DNA of 11,308 nt, taken from positions 1 through 11,308 of the forward strand of contig JBHLRQ010000098.1 in the NCBI GenBank assembly GCA_048882385.1, read 5' to 3'. This document shows, in pieces, positions 7,288 through 11,308 of this stretch; position 1 is the stretch's first letter, and each line of letters begins with the position of its first letter. Source of the stretch: Candidatus Thorarchaeota archaeon (lineage in GTDB: Archaea; Asgardarchaeota; Thorarchaeia; Thorarchaeales; Thorarchaeaceae). Below the pieces are notes generated by a model. The model had not been told where the DNA came from. It was given only the letters and a program-made list of their open reading frames with translations, and did not search any database. The position numbers and the translations under genes were made by a program.

Positions 7288-7977
7288 GTGGAACAGCTTC
7301 ATGATGAGCCAACATCAGAATCTGAAGTCGCCTTCCGGAAATTTGTGAGGAAGATGATGATGATTGGAGGAATTATGGCTATAGGTTTGGTATCACTACC
7401 AATTTTGATATACAATATGCAATATTCAGCCCCTTCAGACACATTGCTCATGATCGTTACGCCATTGATAGTCATCGGAAGTATTGGTTTCATCGTTCTT
7501 GTATACTACGGGGATGGAAGCTCCAAGATGTTCCATAGTCTAGATATTCTCAAACAACTCTCACCTCCTGAACCATTCATTGAGGATAGATTAGCAGTCC
7601 TGAATAAGAGCCCAGTATACGGGATTGCTCAATGGGCGTCAAACGTACTCTTGTTTGTGGCATTTCACGAAGTCGAGAGAACGTTTAATCAGAATGCAAG
7701 AGTACCCAAGGTGATTTGGACCTGGGAATATAAACACAAGATTGGACGTGTCAAAGTAGCTATACGGGAAGATGAAAAGGTCACTATTGCAGTTGAACCT
7801 GGAACATACTATACAGGGCAGGCAATTGTGTATTCACTTCTTGTACAAGAAAATGTAATGATTAAGTATCAACGTAGATTCAATACACAACAACTGAACG
7901 AGATTGTAGACCATCTTGCAAACAAAATTGCATCATATGGTTCTGACTTGTCTTCACTAGATGATGAGTACAATTAA
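7288..7977 (+). CDS. Hypothetical protein with two N-terminal TM helices
   Basis: 229-aa ORF; two hydrophobic segments followed by a soluble domain. Confidence 0.8.
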   Translation: MEQLHDEPTSESEVAFRKFVRKMMMIGGIMAIGLVSLPILIYNMQYSAPSDTLLMIVTPLIVIGSIGFIVLVYYGDGSSKMFHSLDILKQLSPPEPFIEDRLAVLNKSPVYGIAQWASNVLLFVAFHEVERTFNQNARVPKVIWTWEYKHKIGRVKVAIREDEKVTIAVEPGTYYTGQAIVYSLLVQENVMIKYQRRFNTQQLNEIVDHLANKIASYGSDLSSLDDEYN

Positions 7978-8130
7978 TTCTAAGTCACTCTTAATCCGTC
8001 CAATTGGGAGAGTATGCGCGAGTACAGCTATGCAATTAGCAAGAATCACTAAAGGATCAGAATCGACTTTACGTCTTAACAAATTGATCAAATTATTGAC
8101 CGACTAACTGAAGATATACAATCGGATGTG

Positions 8131-8292
8131 TCAGGATTCTGACTTTTCGTCAGAAGAAGATTCAATCTGTTTCTCAGGGATGCCAAGCATTTTACGCCAA
8201 GCCCTTTTCCCTTTCTCATCCAGATCCTCAGTTATGGCCTGCATAATTGCAACGACCTTGAGAGCAGTTTCAAGATCAGGGTCATCATCCAT
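8131..8292 (-). CDS. Small hypothetical protein, 53 aa (not in the ORF track)
   Basis: MDDDPDLETALKVVAIMQAITEDLDEKGKRAWRKMLGIPEKQIESSSDEKSES; AGGAGGT SD 6 nt before the ATG. Confidence 0.75.
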   Translation of the reverse strand: MDDDPDLETALKVVAIMQAITEDLDEKGKRAWRKMLGIPEKQIESSSDEKSES

Positions 8293-8352
8293 CAGTAGAC
8301 CTCCTTGACTTAGATTGATGCAATATATTGATACAATTGTATGAATTTGAAG

Positions 8353-8979
8353 CTAATCAAGTAATGCCTTAATGCGTCGAACTCCATCAATCGCATCAGC
8401 ACCATAATCATCGGCTCCCAATTCCTTTGCCAATTCCATATTTAGTGGAGCACCTCCAACAATAATCTTCACTTTTTCACGAAGTCCAGCTTGTTTGAGG
8501 GCATCATTAACTGTTGAGATTTCTTTCATTGTCATCGTCAATAGAGCGCTGAGAGCTACAACTTTGGCTCCGGAGTCTTTCACAGCTTTTACTACTTCAT
8601 CCGCAGGAGTATCTACTCCAAGGTCAATCACCTCAAATCCTGCAGACAAAAGCATAGAGAGAAGGATGTTCTTACCGATATCATGGTTATCACCCTTCAC
8701 AGTGGCTGCAACTATCGGTGTTTTGATTCCTGATTCATCAGTCTTCAGATGAGGTTTGAGAACCTCAAATGCCGCCTTCATAGTTTCTCCAGCTAGAACA
8801 AGTTCAGTGAGAAAGTATTCATCGGTCTCATATCTCCGCCCCACTTCATCCATCCCAGAGGTAAGTGCTTTGAGTAGGTCTTGGGGATCAACACCAGCAT
8901 CGATTTTGTTTTGGACAACGCTCGCGATATTTTCGTCATCCAACTCAACAATCATGTTTGTGACATCATCAAGCTCCAA
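8353..8979 (-). CDS. Corrinoid (cobalamin-binding) protein, MtaC/MtbC/MttC-like
   Basis: Cap domain (GMDEVGRRYETDEYFLTELVLAGE), DxHxxG motif GDNHDIGKNI, LSALLT and IVGGAP; AAGGAG SD. Confidence 0.94.
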   Translation of the reverse strand: MELDDVTNMIVELDDENIASVVQNKIDAGVDPQDLLKALTSGMDEVGRRYETDEYFLTELVLAGETMKAAFEVLKPHLKTDESGIKTPIVAATVKGDNHDIGKNILLSMLLSAGFEVIDLGVDTPADEVVKAVKDSGAKVVALSALLTMTMKEISTVNDALKQAGLREKVKIIVGGAPLNMELAKELGADDYGADAIDGVRRIKALLD

Positions 8980-9075
8980 TGATTATACGCTCCTTGTCTG
9001 TTTACCATGTATTGATAAACGGGGTAATATTCCTTGTTTTGTGCCTATCAATCGAAGGTAGGAGTATCACTAGAT

Positions 9076-9711
9076 ATGAATGATGATATCCAGAAGACAC
9101 TTCTTGATGTAATTGAGGAAGCGGGAAATGATCCACGATTGGCTGAAACGTGGTATGACCTTGGAGGTGCATTATACGACCGCAGTCAGTTCATCGAGGC
9201 AGAGTTTGCATATAGGGAGGCATTAAACTTAGACCAGACTCTAGTTGGAGCTTGGCGAGATCTGGGAGCTGCTCTATTTATTCAGAACCGATATGATGAG
9301 GCTGAGGACGCATTGAAGGGAGCTCTAGAATACAACAATGAAGACTCTGATGTTTGGTACAATCTTGGATGTGTCTACAATGTACTGGATAGATTCAATG
9401 ACGCCGCTTTGGCTTTCAGAAGAGCGTCCGAGTTGAATCCTGAAGACACTGATACATGGTGTAATCTGGGTGTGGTTTTGTCAAATCTCGGAGAGTATGA
9501 GGAAGCTGAGCGTGCTCTTAAGAGGGCAATAGAAATCAGGCCAGATCACTTTGTAGGTTGGTTGAATCTAATTAGTCATTATAAGACACAGGGAAAGACT
9601 AAGGAGGCGACCCAGGCATACAAATCAGCTTTGGAGTTCATCCCTGATTTTGATTATTATAAGGAAGATCTACAAGATGCCATAGATGAGGCGCAAGAAC
9701 AGGATACATAG
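9076..9711 (+). CDS. Tetratricopeptide repeat protein (probable start ATG 9076)
   Basis: About five 34-aa repeats (WYDLG, WRDLG, WYNLG, WCNLG, WLNL); AGGAG upstream of 9076. Confidence 0.92.
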   Translation: MNDDIQKTLLDVIEEAGNDPRLAETWYDLGGALYDRSQFIEAEFAYREALNLDQTLVGAWRDLGAALFIQNRYDEAEDALKGALEYNNEDSDVWYNLGCVYNVLDRFNDAALAFRRASELNPEDTDTWCNLGVVLSNLGEYEEAERALKRAIEIRPDHFVGWLNLISHYKTQGKTKEATQAYKSALEFIPDFDYYKEDLQDAIDEAQEQDT

Positions 9712-9726
9712 GTAGGGGCTCATCTC

Positions 9727-10287
9727 ATGTCTAGATTAGAAACAGAGGTCCAAAAAATCACTCTGAAACGATTTGAAAAGGAGGGATTGATACTCGATAT
9801 AGGAGGCGGGGGTGAAGGTCTAGTATCCAGGATTGAAAGGGAGCGAGTCTGTGCAGTTGATATTCGAATGAGTGAGATTCGAGAAGCTCAGATTCATGAT
9901 GCTCCAGCGAATTGGCTCGTCGGCGATGGTAGAAATCTGTCTTTCAAGAGTGGTTCTTTTGATATTGTCACACTTTGGTTTTCACTAGGTTACATGAAAG
10001 ATTGGACGACAAAAAGGGAGGTATTGGAAGAAGCGAAGAGGGTTTTGAAGAAACAAGGAATTGTATCTATTATGGCCAGTAAGATACCAGGAAAGGTCAA
10101 CCAGTTTGTTTTCTGGGCATTATTCACACTCCCAGACGGGACACAGTCGCAGACTGGATATGGAGTAAGTGGAAATCAGGGACAGACCCAAGAGCGAGTT
10201 CTGGACTTAGTTGACCAACTTGATTTCAAAGTGTTGAATTTGGGGGACCATGGAGAGTGGTTCAGTATCACAGCCGCTCGCTCTTGA
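9727..10287 (+). CDS. Class I SAM-dependent methyltransferase
   Basis: Motif I ILDIGGGGEG, AVD, GDGRNLSFKSGSFDIV and RVLKKQG. Confidence 0.9.
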   Translation: MSRLETEVQKITLKRFEKEGLILDIGGGGEGLVSRIERERVCAVDIRMSEIREAQIHDAPANWLVGDGRNLSFKSGSFDIVTLWFSLGYMKDWTTKREVLEEAKRVLKKQGIVSIMASKIPGKVNQFVFWALFTLPDGTQSQTGYGVSGNQGQTQERVLDLVDQLDFKVLNLGDHGEWFSITAARS

Positions 10288-10359
10288 CCAATTATTATGT
10301 TCCAAAACCTTAAAGGGGGAACTCATGTCTGGGCGGTCCAACACACCAGGTGAAATACA

Positions 10360-10878
10360 ATGAGCCTTGCAGTATGGTGGAGACGCGGTAGCAAACCCGG
10401 ACTTATCATGATGTTCTTAGGAATCGCAGGTTTTGTTCAGATTCCTATTATTTGGCATGCACAGGTCTATGTGACGGTCTTGAGTGCGGAGCTACAACTC
10501 TTGGTGTCTATTGGAGTCATGGTCGTTCTTGGAGGTTCATATGTACTGATGGCTGAAGCAATGTATCGATGGGCGTTTATTGTGTCGAGAAGAAAGACTC
10601 GTAGACGTCAGAGAGCTCAAGCAAACTGGATCAGCAGACTCTCCTCATTTGCCCGTTCATCTACTGACATGCCAGCATTTGTTGGAGTGGGGCTCTTGAC
10701 ATGTATTTTCCTGTTGTTCTATTTCGTCCCATTTGGTATTGCAGATGCAGGAAGCCTTCCATCATGGATAGCCACACTTGCATTTCTAGATCCTCTCTTC
10801 ATTTACATTCTCGGTGTGAATGCTGCTGCAATTGCTACAGCATTTGTAGCCAGCTACATGAACTACAAAATCAAGTAA
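10360..10878 (+). CDS. Four-TM membrane hypothetical protein
   Basis: Four hydrophobic segments with a basic loop (RRKTRRRQR); AGGTGA SD. Confidence 0.82.
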   Translation: MSLAVWWRRGSKPGLIMMFLGIAGFVQIPIIWHAQVYVTVLSAELQLLVSIGVMVVLGGSYVLMAEAMYRWAFIVSRRKTRRRQRAQANWISRLSSFARSSTDMPAFVGVGLLTCIFLLFYFVPFGIADAGSLPSWIATLAFLDPLFIYILGVNAAAIATAFVASYMNYKIK

Positions 10879-11170
10879 TCCTGGTCCTACAATTCCAACA
10901 GTATCTGTTGCCCTTATCATTAGCAGAACCACATCTAATGCAACGAACCTTTTCTGATGAGTCGTATTCAGAGTCCAAGATTCTGTGACGGGTTGTATCT
11001 ACATAGGGCGTCCCAGACATTCTAGAACCAACACCCTTTAGAGAAACTGTTGACCGCGGTTTCAATCGATCCCTACCACTTTCGGATTCAGCCACTATTA
11101 CAGGTTTCCTACAAGTTGGACAGATCCTTGTATCTTGTTCAAGGGTTCTTCGACAGGTGGGACATCTCAT
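10871..11170 (-). CDS. Double zinc ribbon protein
   Basis: CPTC..CPTC at the N-terminus and CIRC..CWNC at the C-terminus; convergent 8-nt overlap with the neighbouring gene. Confidence 0.85.
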   Translation of the reverse strand: MRCPTCRRTLEQDTRICPTCRKPVIVAESESGRDRLKPRSTVSLKGVGSRMSGTPYVDTTRHRILDSEYDSSEKVRCIRCGSANDKGNRYCWNCRTRIT

Positions 11171-11221
11171 TTACATGACTTCCTGAAAGAATAGCAGTTC
11201 CTCCGTCGATGTGTCGCTACG

Positions 11222-11229
11222 TTTATAAA
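11222..11229 (+). promoter_or_regulatory. TATA box TTTATAAA of the tRNA gene
   Basis: Archaeal TATA consensus ending 29 nt before the tRNA 5' end. Confidence 0.65.
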
Positions 11230-11258
11230 ACTTGGACTTTGACCCACCTATTGCATAT

Positions 11259-11308
11259 GCCGCGGTAGATCAGCCAGGGAGATCGCACGGCTGAAGACCG
11301 TGTTGTCG
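11259..11308 (+). tRNA. tRNA-Phe(GAA), truncated by the window edge
   Basis: Acceptor GCCGCGG, TA, D stem GATC/GATC, anticodon stem CACGG/CCGTG with loop CTGAAGA (GAA at 11293-11295), variable region TTGTC; no intron in the visible part. Confidence 0.95.

Noticed and set aside
8353-8979. Corrinoid protein as HgcA or methionine synthase
   Set aside because: It has the DxHxxG motif, no NVWCA motif, no TM region and no other MetH domains.
10328-10343. TCTGGGCGGTCCAACA as a sixth repeat copy
   Set aside because: Only CGGTCCA matches without gaps, there is no T-loop, and it is far from the array.
56-10988. Short ORFs in the track (56, 588, 1959, 2402, 2718, 3870, 4558, 4691, 5001, 6315, 6808, 7006, 7299, 8126, 8495, 8756, 10701)
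   Set aside because: Antisense or out-of-frame shadows of better-supported genes, with no recognisable motifs.

Overview
Archaeal DNA, probably Asgard (Thorarchaeota-like). This is an inference from the archaeal-type tRNA-Phe, TATA boxes, GGTGA/GGAGG Shine-Dalgarno sites and gene style. The window holds about 17 CDSs: membrane proteins, an LVIVD beta-propeller, a winged-helix regulator, an Fe-S flavoprotein, a GNAT, a flavin reductase, a nitroreductase, a corrinoid protein, a TPR protein, a SAM methyltransferase and a double zinc ribbon protein. It also has an unlisted 53-aa ORF and a tRNA-Phe(GAA) cut by the right edge. The main unexplained structure is in the left half (788-5185). Five co-oriented, degenerate copies of a ~23-nt motif (TTCGAATCTCGCCCGGTCCACCA) resemble the 3' end of an archaeal tRNA-Ala. 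They split the region into 0.5-1.4 kb units of 1-2 same-strand genes, and three copies lie only 8-23 nt after a stop codon. This resembles an integron-like cassette array built on tRNA-derived att sites. No integrase or intact tRNA-Ala is in the window, so the mechanism is a hypothesis.
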